A stretch of DNA of 64,000 nt. Source: Antedon mediterranea. Lineage: Eukaryota > Animalia > Echinodermata. The position numbers and the translations under genes were made by a program. The DNA lies in NCBI RefSeq assembly GCF_964355755.1, contig NC_092675.1:4893812-4957811 (forward strand), written 5' to 3'. Of the stretch, positions 1 to 13,481 are shown one piece after another; within the stretch, counting starts at the first letter, position 1; every line of letters begins with the position of its first letter. The notes beneath the pieces are model-generated. The model worked only from the letters and a program-made list of their open reading frames with translations. It made no database searches and was not told where the DNA came from.

Positions 1-1155
1 GTTTTTCCTCCTCTGGTAAACTCGAAAACGTAGGCTTTTGTATATTCTGTAAGAAGATAGCTAGGTACAAAATACTGCAGCTATGTGTGTCTAAACAAAA
101 TCATAACTATAATAAGTCTATAAATTTTCAATTGAAAAGAAAAGCTTACATACCATGGTATGTTGATTCAGAGAATAGTAAATGTAATATAGGTTAATTT
201 AGCATCCAGGATGTTGGGAAGATTTTGGGTTCTCTCAATACCACCATTAAAAAAATAAAGGGGAGGTTGAGCGCTTAACAAATAAAGATGGTGGTAGGCT
301 CCTTCACATCCATTGTGTACAGATGTATTTTTTTTACGCTAACTTTTTCTTCTAATAGTAGTAGTAGACCTAATAGAAACAAATTATGACACTATACGTT
401 AGATAATTACACCTACGTTGTGTTTAACGGTTTTCATAATAAAAACAACACCCGACGCTAACTGAGTAACGAGCAACAAGCCAAGCATTGTTGAAATGGC
501 ATAGAAAAGCCAAACTCTATTCATTTGAAGTTTGTAGAAAAGGACAATGATGTTGACTGTTTCTGTTATACCTAATCCCTCTAGTGTTCCTGCAGCAATA
601 ATATCAAAACTCCATAGTTGTTCAACTTCCTGTTAATAAAACGAATGCTATTTTTCTTTACAATAAAAAAAATGTTTCGGAACCATTATACCATTTTAAG
701 AAACATTATCATTTGAGGGGAATGGGTTTCGTTTGAATGTAACTGTTTATTTTGTAATTTTTATAAGCGAAATCATCATGTTTTGGCAAAAGTGAATGAC
801 TTTCTAAAAAAACAACAACATTATATTGTTAAGTTTAATTTTGTACATCTTTTAGTTTTTTTCCTAATTTGGGTATCAACGTCTTTCTTTATTTACCAGT
901 ACCGAACAGCCAAGTTATTAATTTTCTCCCATAGGCCTATAATTATGTTTATCACCATTGAAGTTAATAACATCTTCATCACGAAAAGATTGAAGTTCTT
1001 GCACAATTCATATCACAATGCTTGATATCAATATAGGCCTACGATTGACTAAATGTTCTTATCATTAAATTATGACTTACCTTAATACCCTGTTTTGGAA
1101 TAGATATCAGACCTTCTTTTTCTTTGGAGACATATTCAGCACTTCTTTGAGGCAT
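1..1155 (-). CDS. Ninjurin-like two-TM protein, paralog A (3' end runs off the window)
   Basis: Exons 1155-1081 (MPQRSAEYVSKEKEGLISIPKQGIK|gtaagt), 629-417 (EVEQLWSFDIIAAGTLEGLGITETVNIIVLFYKLQMNRVWLFYAISTMLGLLLVTQLASGVVFIMKTVKHN|gtaggt) and 46-1 (NIQKPTFSSLPEEEK...). GT-AG sites, all phase 0, collinear with the complete copy at 5625-6884. Family call rests on recalled ninjurin TM motifs. Confidence 0.7.
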
Positions 1156-3178
1156 GTTTGAATTTTATAGTTTTTATATTGTTAAGTCTATTTTTAATTT
1201 CTTTAAATACCAACATAAATACCAGCAAAATATATATAACGCTGAGCTAAAAACTTTGTTAAATATTAACCATTTATAAATGGACACGACACTCGGCAAA
1301 GCCTTTCCTATCAGTATGCCTACGGTTGGTCCAGTAAGATAACATAAACCAACTTTCTGACAGGACATATTGATTAATTATTAGATTAATCTTCGCATGA
1401 CATCAATTAATAATTTATGAGATTACCAACAAGTATCATTTTAATTAGTCGCAATGATTCTAATAAACTTTTACCTCACATCCCTGTACAAAAAAACAAT
1501 TATAGATAAAGAGCACATTATTAGGCAGTGATTAAAACTAAAACACTATGAATGGTTGTTAACGTTTATGTTTTGTGGACCGAATTTCTTATTATTCATC
1601 GAGAAGTCAGTCGTTATATTTGATCACAACTTAATAAGGACTTATGGTAAGAAATTGCTGATTTACATTTTAGGCCTTTGTTGTTTTTTTACATCCACTA
1701 TACTTGAATCGGAAATGTTGGGGGAATATCAATCGATAAAAAAAATAAAATCTTAAGCAACATCATTTTACTCCTTCGCTAGGTAGGATAGGATAGACAG
1801 ATTCCTTTTTTTTAAACTGTTACTGCTTCAATGTGCTGGAGAACGGAGCGGTGTAAATGGTGCCTCTGCTCTTTTCCATTTTGTTTTGTTTATCTTAGGA
1901 TATTTTATGGATCATTGTTATGTGTAAAGTGCTTAGAAACATTAGTATTATATTAATATTATTCATCTATAATTTAGAATTGAAATTTTACGAGAAATAC
2001 ATTGTGCTTAAATCATTTTAATTCCAATCTAATTGTAATTGCTATATGTACAATTGTTTTTAATTCAAACAATATAGCGTTACTACTATTTGCATACAAC
2101 AGATAACATAAGATATTTAATGTGAAATTACAAATCGTAGTAAAATATAATTTACTAAATACCAAAACCAATAAGTGTTATTTAATTAGACTAAACATCA
2201 CAAATTGATTTATATGATCTGTATACAGTACACGTCGTTTTCCCGAATCCAAACAATGACGGAGCCTATATCTTTGCAAAACTTGTTGACTCAATAATGA
2301 TTATAGCTATAGTGTAATTATGTTTATAGAGAATTACTTCTGGAAGGTTTCAGCGTAATACGTGTAAATAATTCAAAAATTATACTAAATAATTCATACT
2401 TGATGCACTAATTATAAAATAAGTACAATAGACAAGAACTCCTATTAAGAGGACACCACCGGGACCCCAAAAGAGTGTCCCCATATAAAGCAGGCGTTCT
2501 ATTGTAATATAATCACCAAAGTTCACAGTTACAATTTTAATTACATTTACAACAACACCCAACAGTACACCAAAAAGAAGCGATCAGTGCTTGTCAGTTT
2601 AGTGACTATTATTTAAATGCATCTACATGTACATACAACATACAACGAAGTAATGTGTTTATTATAGTTTGAAATTTTTACCTATTTTATATTTGGTGTC
2701 TTATTGCTTATTACTAATTCATTAATTTGTAGACCTGTGTTCGTTCATATTTACAGTGATAATAAAGTAAAAGCTACAAAAGAAAAATCACGTATGGCTG
2801 TACATACACCAGGAACCATGTAAACTCTATGGGCGTACCTCCACGGATAATGCAACTCCACAAGAAAATAAAAGAGGCCTTAAAAGATAATTAAAAAACA
2901 TTTTTAATTTTATAGATAATTTGTTTAATTTATTTCTGAAAAAAGAAAAATTTGTATAATTGTCGCTTAATAATTAAGGATAAATATAAATATACTAAAT
3001 ATTGCTTGATCTTATTACATTTGTGTTGCCTTGTGCGATGTTGCCTTGGACGTTATTCATATTGGTGTACCAACTGCCAAAGGAGTACATGCACATGGAA
3101 TTATTTCTCCATAAACAATTCTATAAACATAACAAAATATGCCTATTTACACATATTACATTTTACATACTAAATATA

Positions 3179-4120
3179 TTAAACATGGTTTAATCTAAAA
3201 TTTGTGCTGCCTTGTTCTCCTGTATTTTTACAACATCCAGCCTGAACAATGTTGATCAATTCAGTTCGGAACTGGGATAAAGAAACCGTATAAATAAATG
3301 GATTAAGAGCAAAATTTAATACTACCAAGTCCACTGCAATATATTGTGCAATAAAATCTTTACTTCCAGAAGATATATCTCCATATAAGAAAACAATAAT
3401 TGGCACAAAGCAAACTATATAGGCCGTGCTCACAGCTATGAACACTTTTAGTGTTTTTACGTGTATGGATGATGTCATTTGATTGCTTACATTATTTTTC
3501 ATTTTAACCAATTCGAAAATGATTCTTGTATAAATAAGTACCAGTATTAATATAGTAGATATACATACAACTGCGATTATATTTATTGTAATTTTAAGTG
3601 CTAACTCTTCCTTTTCCTCTCCATCATAAATAGGCCTACATTGGATATTTTGAGTTATAATCTTATATAATATAATTAGCATTATTGGATTAGACAGAAT
3701 ACCAAGAATCCAAGCAGATACCATCATGATTACAGTTCGTTTTACTGTGTAATTAGTTTCAAACCAAAATGGCTTTATAATCGCGAAGTACCTCTCAACC
3801 GAAATAAATAATACATTTACACTAGATGCCGTCGAGAGTGTAAACGTCGCACAGTAAAACCATAGAGTAATCTCTTAGTACAAACAATCAGAAGGGGAGA
3901 CAGGTAATAATGATAATACAAAGAAAAGTAAACATCCTGTCGCATCGATTAATGATTGGTTGAAAATAAACCAGCGTGTAGTTTTACGAATGAAAACAAC
4001 TCGATTAATAATGAGAAGTGCTACAATATTTACGATGAAACCAAGAACGGACAAGGCACAGCCGATGTTGATCAGTGACTCGACCACGTCCAAACTCGCT
4101 TCTGTAACATTCAAATCCAT
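3179..4120 (-). pseudogene. Class A (rhodopsin-like) orphan GPCR interrupted by one in-frame TAA
   Basis: ORFs 3875-4147 and 3179-3727 are in the same frame. Reading through TAA at 3877-3875 gives ...SDCLY*EITLWFYCATFTLSTASSVNVLFISVERYFAIIKPF..., with the TM1 Asn, TM2 SLID, ERY, TM6 CFVP and TM7 NPFIY. ATG at 4120 follows a pyrimidine tract and AG. Confidence 0.8.
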
Positions 4121-5016
4121 CGTCAGAGAATTTCCTTTGGCAAACAATGAAAGGGGGAGGAAGGTAATAGTAAAAATATTTTCTGAAACGTTCGAAGGTA
4201 AACTCTTATAGATCCAAATCCGAAACGTGACTCATTCAGCCATGTCCAACACTCTGTCCCTGCTAGAACTTTCGACAAATCGGCATATATCTTTTTTCTC
4301 CTTGGGTAGGCCTACATCTATGACCTCAACAGATCAACTTAGAATTCATTGCAGAAACCGTATCAATAGCGCAAATGTTAACTTAATTTAGTCACCTATA
4401 GACTGTAAAGATTTAGAAAGTATATCAAAATACAATTATAATCTACTCCAACACGATTCGTAGGCAACATTCAATTTTCCAATCGCCACACCAAATAAGA
4501 TTTGTATATTTGCTGATTCAGCTTTTATATGCCTTATAGTTTCGAGTTCAGGAAATATAATCATTGTTTTATTTTATTTACACTCAAGGTTTTACCACTG
4601 CAGGAAGTATATCCACTCCTCTATAAACTATTTATAAATCTAGGAAGACGATTTTAAAAAAAAAATTAAAAAAATTGTTAATGTAAAACCAAAACATGTT
4701 TGGCAGATGATAATGAGCACGCGAGTGTTCGAGTATTTCACAACCGTTTTTAAAACAATCAATGTACCTGTAGACCTATTACACGATTCTCAGTGCTCTC
4801 CCCATACAATTTACCCAGTATCTGGCATATTTTGGTAATAGAGGACCTCATTTGTATGTATCACAATGTGGTTCCGTTCCTGTATCTTTTAATGTAAGGT
4901 TAGGCAAAGGTTAGGTTATGGATATAGTTGCAAAAATGTAGAACAGTACCGAGAATCGAGTGTCTATGTTATAATTTGGATACTTTTATCAACCAAGTTT
5001 AGGGAGAGATTTTATT

Positions 5017-5541
5017 ATTACCTCCACCAAGGAGGTTATATTTTCACCCCTGTATGTGTGTGGGTGTGTATGTGAACAGCCTAGAGGCCAAAGTTTTCAT
5101 CCCAATCCGGCCAAATTTTGCCACAATGACTTATGCCCCAAAAGGTCGGACGAGTTCGATTTTGAGGGGAAAAGGTCATAGGTCAAGGTCACAACTAACA
5201 AAAAACTACTTCGCTGCCTAGAGACCACAGTTTTTATTCGATTCTCATCAAACTTAGCCACAATGACCAATGACTCGTCATATAATTGTGGTTATATTTT
5301 GAAGGATCAAAGATCAAGGTCTAAAAAAAAAACCTCAGCGGGAATTGAACCAGCGATCTCAACTGTGAGAGGCTGGACACATAACCATTACACCAAACTC
5401 TCATCCACAACTTAGTCTATTTACACTTAGAACTAATAAAAAAGAAATAAAAAAAATATCTATATTTTCCGGTGACATTTTATGTAGGGGAATTTTACAG
5501 TACTAGGTGGAGGTTTGTACTCTCGGAGTACCCTCTAGTTT
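5017..5541 (+). mobile_element. Non-autonomous Helentron-associated (HINE/DINE-1-like) element
   Basis: Starts ttacctccaccaaggaggtt followed by a (TG)n-like tract. Subterminal inverted repeat acctccacc/ggtggaggt, 3' hairpin gtactc-tcg-gagtac, terminal ctagtt in T-rich flanks. Confidence 0.7.
5331..5400 (-). repeat. Degenerate tRNA-derived cassette (Glu-CTC-like) inside the HINE
   Basis: Minus strand reads gagtt-TGGTGTAATGG (A box)...cagcct-CTC-acagttg...GGTTCAATTCC (B box). The acceptor stem pairs poorly. Confidence 0.5.
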
Positions 5542-5624
5542 TAAAATTCAATAGGAGTGTTTCAACAGAAGTAAGGCGATGAGTGTGTTTAACACGTCAA
5601 TGTTTATATACATTAAATATTGTA

Positions 5625-6884
5625 TTATGGAATAACGTGGTGTTGGAGAGTAATGTGGGCGTGGTGCTCAGGACTAATAATACCAACAGCAGCCAATAAT
5701 AACATATTGCAGGCTGCGACTATGAACACCATTATCAACACTGCTACACTCATTCTATACATAGTCGTTTTAGCTTTCTGTTTTTCCTCCTCTGGTAAAT
5801 TCGAAAATTTACGCATTCGCATATTCTGTAAGAAGATAGACAAATGCAGTAAATAGTGTGTGGATATCATAATCATTAACTAATAGGTCTACAAATTTTT
5901 AAATAAAAAAACAAACAAAAATAGGCTACATACAGCGGTTAAATAATTACGGTATGTTAATGTAGCGGCTGATCAAGGATGTTGGGAAAGTGCCGGGGAA
6001 AGTGCCGGGAAAAGGTTGGAAGTTCTTTATCATCCCTCACCAAGAGGCATTTCACTTAAAACATAACTTGGGGATATGATGAGAGCCAGCTCAGTCTCTT
6101 CAAATTCATGCATTTCGACGGCAATTGAGCCGGTTCTTTTAATAATTAATAGAAAAACACATTCCATAAATAATATTACACTTACGCTTTGTTTAACGGT
6201 TTTCACAATAAACAGGATACCCGACGCCAACTGAGTAACGAGCAACAAGCCAAGAATTGTTGAAATGGCATAGAAAAGCCAAACTCTATTCATTTGAAGT
6301 TTGTAGAAAAGGACAATGATGTTGACTGTTTCTGTTATACCTAATCCCTCTAGTGTTCCTGCAGCAATAATATCAAAACTCCATAACTGTGCAACTTCCT
6401 GTTAATAAACAAATGCTGTTTTCTTTAAAATGAAATGACCACCGCCCCCACCCCCACCCACTATAAAAAAAAAAGGATCAACGTTTCGGAATAATCATGG
6501 AACCATTTCCAAGATTGATTGATAACAAATAAGAACCACCAACGAAGCAGAAGATGATTATAAGATGTACCATTTGGAAAAAGTATACGAGGCTTGATAA
6601 CATGAACATGAGGCTTGATTCTTGAGATAGTTAAGGGTTGTAGGGTCAATATTGATATATGATAAACAATATCATACACATTGTTATACCTTACTCGAAA
6701 AGAAGAAATATATCGTTTCGAGATGGGCTTCTTTGCAGTAGGCCTACTGCAAATTGAAATCTAAAGGTTGAAGATTGAGCTAATAATAATAGTCATTGTT
6801 TTTATGACTTACCTCAATACCCTGTGTTGGAGTAGATATCAGACCTTCTTTCTCTTCTTCTTTGGCGACATATTCAGCAGGCAT
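5625..6884 (-). CDS. Ninjurin-like two-TM protein, paralog B (161 aa)
   Basis: Exons 6884-6813 (MPAEYVAKEEEKEGLISTPTQGIE), 6398-6186 (EVAQLW...LFYAISTILGLLLVTQLASGILFIVKTVKQS) and 5825-5625 (NMRMRKF...MSVAVLIMVFIVAACNMLLLAAVG...HHVIP*). All phase 0 GT-AG. TM1 FY..l..ll..Q..sGil.i and TM2 lVFIv...N.ll.A match the ninjurin pattern and size. Confidence 0.72.
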
Positions 6885-8150
6885 TTTTGTATTTATGGTT
6901 ATGTTATTACAATACTGTCAATTTCAATGCCGACGCTTAAGGCTATACCAGCAGAATATACTAAAACGCATAAGGCTTTGTTAAATATTAACCTTTAAAC
7001 CAAAATGTATAACACTCAATGATTCAATACATAACAGTGTAACAAAATTCCCCATTCTCTACATTGTATCCCCCCCTCCCCCAAATACAAAAACCCCAAA
7101 ACACTTACTATATCAATTAGAAAAGGTGTGGTGAGTTTGGTTGTCAGAAGACGCGTTATAAACTTTTCATTGAAAGGTTGCTAATTAAGCATGAACTAAA
7201 GGCAAACTTTCCACCCTTTTAAAAAAAATTCTCTTATTGGCCATAATTATCTCATCTTAATATTATAGATATTTCATCGAAACGATGGAAATTAGTATAC
7301 TTGAACTCGAGTTACAGTAAACACGTAGCCATCATTACGGGCGGTCTTTCCAGTTTTAGCCTGAACACTTTTTTACTGGACACATCGATAATCATTATAT
7401 TGGAGTCGCATCATATAACATAATAACGTATGCGATTTCCCTATAAGAGGTTCATTAAAATTAGTCTAACGGATTCGATTATTAGCAGCGAGTTCTGCAA
7501 AAATAAACGTTACGTAAAAAAATGATATTTCTTAATGTGCGCTAACATGAGATGCAAGTATACAAAGTGCTAAAATTAACGTTGTCTGCGCAGAATTCTA
7601 TAACATAAGTGACGTCATAAAAATGAAATGATAATACAATTATTCGTCATTCAAGTGGAATCGTTTTTCCATGGTTCAACCATATTGCCTTTTTTCACCT
7701 GCACTTGTTCTTGCGTCAGCGGCGCGTAGCAATTCAAAATCAGGATTGCATCAGTAATCTATTGACATGTTGAAGAAAATTGACAAAGGACAGGCGAGGT
7801 ACGCGCTACTACTTAACTACGCAGAAAGAGACATTCACATTTCAATCATTGGAGGAGCCGATTCAAAAATACAAACTATTGCGCAATGGCGAGGGCAGGT
7901 TTTTTACACGTTTGTAATTGTTTCTAAGTTCATAAAACTAAATCGTATTTATCAAGAACAGAAAGCATAGCAGTGGTAAACGATACTTATTTGGCTACGA
8001 TAGTGCGCATGCGAAAGAGTTTGAAATTTAGTGCTCAGCTCTCCGAGTGACTTCATGAGCATTGTATGACACAAGAAACTGACCCATTATACATTTTAAA
8101 ATATATGTTTTTATTATTACACAAGAAGAATTTCATAAAATTGTGCGTTA

Positions 8151-8309
8151 AGCCGATTTTCCACTAGGCGAATTTGTTCGCGCGAATCGAAAGCGCCAGC
8201 TTGTACGCATGTGTATTCATGTTTACATCTTCCACATCCTTCTCTACGCATGCGTATTAGCTGACGCCTTCGATTCGCGCGAACAAATTCGCCTAGTGGA
8301 AAATCGGCT
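8151..8309. mobile_element. PIF/Harbinger (Tourist)-type MITE
   Basis: Perfect ~41-bp TIR agccgattttccactaggcgaatttgttcgcgcgaatcgaa. TTA target-site duplication at 8148-8150 and 8310-8312. Confidence 0.88.
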
Positions 8310-8654
8310 TTAAGCTACCCTGCACGGCTCGTGAAGTCAAATACAAAATAGTATATACAGTAAATATTTGGCTAAGTTTAGGGTTTAGAGAACGGCTGTT
8401 ACCAAAAAACGAGAAGATGGAAGTATATTTCTTACAATGACACTACCTAGTGTGTATCACCTAATTATTAAGGATGTAGAACACTGACTTTATTTTTTGG
8501 TTATCTTAGTATTACCCGTATGCAAAGTCACTGAATGCCCATTAATCAAGACTGGAAGGTTGACTACTAATTGTTTCAGTTATCACAAAATCATTTAAAA
8601 AAACATACATTTATACATTATTAAACAATTTTAAAAGAGTACAAAATATTTGTA

Positions 8655-10441
8655 TTAGCATACCCGATAGACAAATGTTTCTGAAGTCTGATCGCCTTCC
8701 TGAATATCAGTATGTCTTTCAATTAATTTCCATTTTCCTTCTTCCTCCACTTGTGCCATGTCGCCTTCTAACTTCCCATCTCTGTAACTGGGCTCAACTG
8801 TGAACCACTTCGTCCGCATATTGATTAAGATGTAGCCCCCTTTATAGGTATAAAATAAACAATTAAAAAAAACTCTAAAAATTATGTTTATTTTCTTGGT
8901 TATATTGTTGTTTTAATGTTTAATTTAATCAAAATATATATTCTCGTCGTTTATGAGATTGAGTAATGATGCCTTGTTGTGTTAACCATACTGTAAGTGG
9001 CGAATTTGTGTCTATGTTTTGGTTGATAAATAAACAATAATTATTTTTATAAAATTGAAGAATTGTTGATTTAATCACAGAATTCATAATTAACTCTAGC
9101 CTATACCTGGTTTTACAACTCGAACAAATTCCGGAAAAACATCCGATTTCAATTGGTTGAGCATAAACCCGCCTGCACATACCAATGCATCATAGTTATC
9201 TACAATGTTTAGATAAGAAGATAAACTTATTTTGTTGAAAAAAAAAATGTTTGAAAAACGTACTGGTCCATCTTAAGCCCCTGCCGTGGATCGACAAGCG
9301 TTTAATGGCATGCTGTAACACATGAATAATGTTGTATGTCATCCACACTTGTGCGCCTGTTACGCCCGATATGGAGGTTATTCTCACATCACATACACCA
9401 AATAAACCGGTCCATACTAGATTATGGTATAGTGATGTGATATAAATGTGACTAAATATTTCTGTACATCAAATTGTATATATTGAAGACACTGTAAATG
9501 TATCAGATTTAATTTACTTGAAAATCTACAGATTTTAGTGACATTTACCATCTTTGATACTCAATTTGTTGTCGCCTCCAAGCCATTCGACATATAGGTT
9601 TTTGTAGATGTTCTTTTTACGAGCCACTTCTATACTTGTTTCACTGCCATCCACTGCATCAATGTTAGTATAACCAGTATCAACCAGCTGATAAGGGCAA
9701 ATCAGACGCTACTTTATCTTTAAAAGTTTTTATTTCTATTTTATTTGTATATGGATGTACTATCCAAAATAATGAAAATGAATGAATGAATGAATACAGT
9801 GGTTTGCCATCAATATTTATACTGGAATAAATTTGTTTCCAATCGGAATTAAAAATGGTCACTGTAAGAATGTACGTAACATAATATAAAAAAATTTGAA
9901 CAATCAGAAATACTGTTTATCATAGTAATAATAATATATTGATTATCCTGGTTAATACTTACACATTCACCTACAAGGCCTGTTCCTGCTGCAACATCAA
10001 ATATCCACGCATCTTTTGACTTAACATATTTTTGAAGAAAAGTTGCAATAATAGAAGGACCAACGTATCCAAAAGATTTCACTGCCTAAAATTAAGATGT
10101 ATTAACTTCATGAGTGTAAAGGTTATCATTTTCGGTTACTTTCAAATGACAACACTTTCATATTAAACACAAAATTAATTCTAAACATACATTTGGAGCA
10201 TGAAACTTACATGAGAGTACATATGTATAATATTTAACCACAAATCGACATACAGAAACTAGTCTGGTATATATATTTAATCTTTAATTTATTCTTTAGT
10301 GAAATGGTATTTATTGAAACTCACTTTATCGTAGAATGGAGCAAAACCGTCATAAAATTGTCCTAGTTTTTCATGTGTATTTACTTCTTCCATTGTTGAT
10401 ACATACTCCTTTATTTCTTTTTTAGACCAATCAGCAGCCAT
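8655..10441 (-). CDS. METTL27: METTL27/WBSCR27-like class I SAM-dependent methyltransferase (~218 aa)
   Basis: Exons 10441-10325 (MAADWSK...FYDGFAPFYDK), 10085-9963 (..GYVGP...IFDVAAGTGLVGEC), 9687-9549 (LVDTGYTNIDAVDGS...ARKKNIYKNL), 9199-9107 (NYDALVCAGGF...EFVRVVKPG) and 8839-8655 (GYILINMR...GKWKLI...FVYRVC*). Phases are consistent and motif I DxAAGTG is present. Confidence 0.88.
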
Positions 10442-12972
10442 GGTTATACCAATAACTATTTGAAAGAAATACAAACAACAGTACATAAATAGGAACAGAT
10501 AAAGACAAAATTCTTTAATTCTATTAATTCTTTCTGATTAATTATCATAACAACATCACATGTTTGCAAAGGATTTATATTGCAAATGAACGCGACACCA
10601 ATAAATCGGCAATATGGATATATCTGTATGGACTTTCTATGGGGAATCATTTTAAAGAGTGTGAGCACGCTCGCATGACTCTGGTGCGTTCCTAACAAAT
10701 GAAGGTGAGAAGAAAGAAAATCAAAATAAACCCAGCAAACCTTTTCTATAGAGACTATAATAATTACCACTTGTAATTACCACTTGTCGACAGTGGAGTG
10801 ACATACTCAAATGAATGAATGTTCAAATTAATTAATTAGTTAGTTTAAAAAAAACACTCAATTGTGTATTGGGCGTGGCTTCAATCTGACGTATTTAATT
10901 GGTCGAGGTTGCAGCATTGCCATGAAAGCCATTTAATGCATCCATGTTTGTTTTAATGATTGTTTGATTCTTGAGTTGACAGTTAATGTTTTGAAGTTAG
11001 TCTCTCTGTAATACACTACAAATAACTCAAATATTATGTTCGCAATGTGATCATATGTTGCCTTAACCATAGAGATATTATAATAATCTCTATGCCGAAT
11101 TTATGTAGCTCAGGCCTAAATAATAGCAAGGCAATCAGATTGCCTTGAGTATAAAAGCGGAAATAAGCATAATCCACAATGGTATGGAAGACGATCCCTG
11201 AATTCGCTCTTGCTTTTGTACTATGGTGTAATTATATTACCATCCTCCATGTTTCTGCTAACATTATCTTTGAATTATAGGTAGGCCTATCGTTTTCTGT
11301 ACGATGTATTTTTAGCTTCTTCTTATGGTTAACTATGTTATTTTCTAAATTTTCTATAAATATGTTATGAACATTATTATGACATTCTGAGATAAAAAGA
11401 TTGAATGAATGTTTCAATAATTATTTTGTTTCTTTGCATATGATATATTTTTGTAATTCTAATTTATTCCTGCAATTTTAAGGAGAGTCATTTTATTTCC
11501 CCTTTTTGGAAAAAACAGTATATTATCAATAAACCATGGAACGCCATGACTAAACCATGAAGAGAGGTGTGTTTCATACGTGGATGCACTGTGTAAATAA
11601 TACAGTTTCAGTAGCCTATAAACAAATGGTACATATACTCTATAATAGAATAAGCTAAAAAAAAAACAATCCAAAAAACATAAACTCAATCAGTGTAATA
11701 TTGTTATATTAAAAAAAACACTTTGTCGATAAATAAGACCGGCTGTGTGTAGGCCTAGAGCCTACTTACTGGAATGAATTAAGCATCCTTACACGTAATA
11801 ATACTTACATTTACAATACTATTACTAACAGTGACGGAAGACAGCGTGTTCGGGGTTCGTATACCAGTCGGCGCTAACACAAATAAATACGTCTAATTCT
11901 TTGTGTTTGCAGATGTATAAATACGTACGTCAGATTAGATCGATGATTTCAAAATACAGTGTTTCAATCGTGATGGAAGAAATTACTGTTTTATAGCAAT
12001 GAAGGCGTAATATTTATAGAAATGAATAAACGGGCTCCGGTCACATTGGTTAATTATGAGGTAGTAGTGATCGTATTCGTAATCATGGTGACTTGCCCTT
12101 TCCAATTGACCTTGGTCTGGGAATGTAGTTCAATGGATAAAACGCTACAGTGCACAATAATAGCCTGCAAACAATGGGTCACAATTAATTTCTTACAGTT
12201 CCCCCATAGCTCCGGTTCAACCAAGCAAAACTGGGATTATGGCCATTTTGTTTGCATTTTATGTCCCACCTGACCACCATATCTGACATGCATCAGTTAT
12301 GTCTATCAGTTTTCTAAATTAAATCAGGGAGATGTAAAATAAATTTATTTTAGTTTTTACCGTCCTCCCTGATATCCGATATATTATATGTATAGTTCTA
12401 CTACGTACTACTGTACTAGGCCAAAAAAAGAGCTTTTCGGCCGTAAAAAAGAGCTTTTCGGCCTTTGCCCGCTTGATAGTTCTCATGTTTTACTATTAAT
12501 AGCCAAGATAAATTGTTAATATCGTCCTCTAATTTATGATAATAATGTATTGGTTACTCTCCTTTAAAACGGAGGAACACTCTCGTAACAAGAGGTTCGA
12601 CCCATAAAAAAATGTTTACAAAATATAATCATACAGTAGTTACAATATACAGATACAAAATATGGTTCACAATTACAAAACATCAAGCAGCAAAAATTCA
12701 TATTAAGGGGTGGAAATTTGTTTCAATATTTCAGTCCCATGTGTGTAATAGCTTTAATTAAAAATGATTTACTATTATTGTAAAAAATGGAGCAAATTGT
12801 TTTATCTTTATAATTCGAACATGTTTTCTTAAAACCTCCTAATATTTCATTTTTTCAACTTAAGCTGGTCCCTTTGAATCTATCTATTGTTAGACTACCT
12901 CGTGTCGACCCTGAGGGAAAGTGCAACAGTTGTTTTCAGAACTACCGCAAACTTTATCCTTATAACAAATAA

Positions 12973-13384
12973 ACCAATCATGTTCACTTAATGGAAATAT
13001 ATACTAAAACTGACCAATAACATTAAACTTACTCAACCGTTTGCACCAATCATGTTCACTTAATGGAAATTTATACTAAAACTGACCAATAACATTAAAC
13101 CTACTCAACCGTTTGCACCAATCATGTTCACTTAATGGAAATATATACTAAAACTGACCAATAACATTAAACTTACTCAACCGTTTGCACCAATCATGTT
13201 CACTTAATGGAAATATATACTAAAACTGACCAATAACATTAAACTTACTCAACCGTTTGCACCAATCATGTTCACTTAATGGAAATAGATACTAAAACTG
13301 ACCAATAACATTAAACTTACTCAACCGTTTGCACCAATCATGTTCACTTAATGGAAATATATACTAAAACTGACCCATAACATT
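12973..13384. repeat. 72-bp tandem repeat, ~5.7 near-identical copies; the unit resumes at 14036-14064
   Basis: Unit accaatcatgttcacttaatggaaatatatactaaaactgaccaataacattaaacttactcaaccgtttgc starts at 12973, 13045, 13117 and so on. Confidence 0.95.
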
Positions 13385-13481
13385 CATTCATTCATTCATC
13401 TTTTATTTCGGAAAAAAAAAATTCTCCATAGCTCAGTAACAAATTAGTGTACATTATTGTAAATATAACAAATATATATAT

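Noticed and set aside
2380-2562. 60-aa hydrophobic ORF
   Set aside because: It overlaps a short degenerate palindromic repeat (~2436-2505, similar to ~55030-55070), and has no splice or family support.
6840-6872. Out-of-frame mini-ORF MSPKKKRKKV* resembling the SV40 NLS (MSPKKKKV* in paralog A)
   Set aside because: It is the shifted reading of the AAA/GAA-rich codons of ninjurin-like exon 1. The upstream ATG frame runs correctly into the GT donor, and there is no vector context.
12973-13384. Regular repeat array considered as CRISPR-like
   Set aside because: The units are head-to-tail 72-mers with no unique spacers, in a eukaryotic context with no cas genes.
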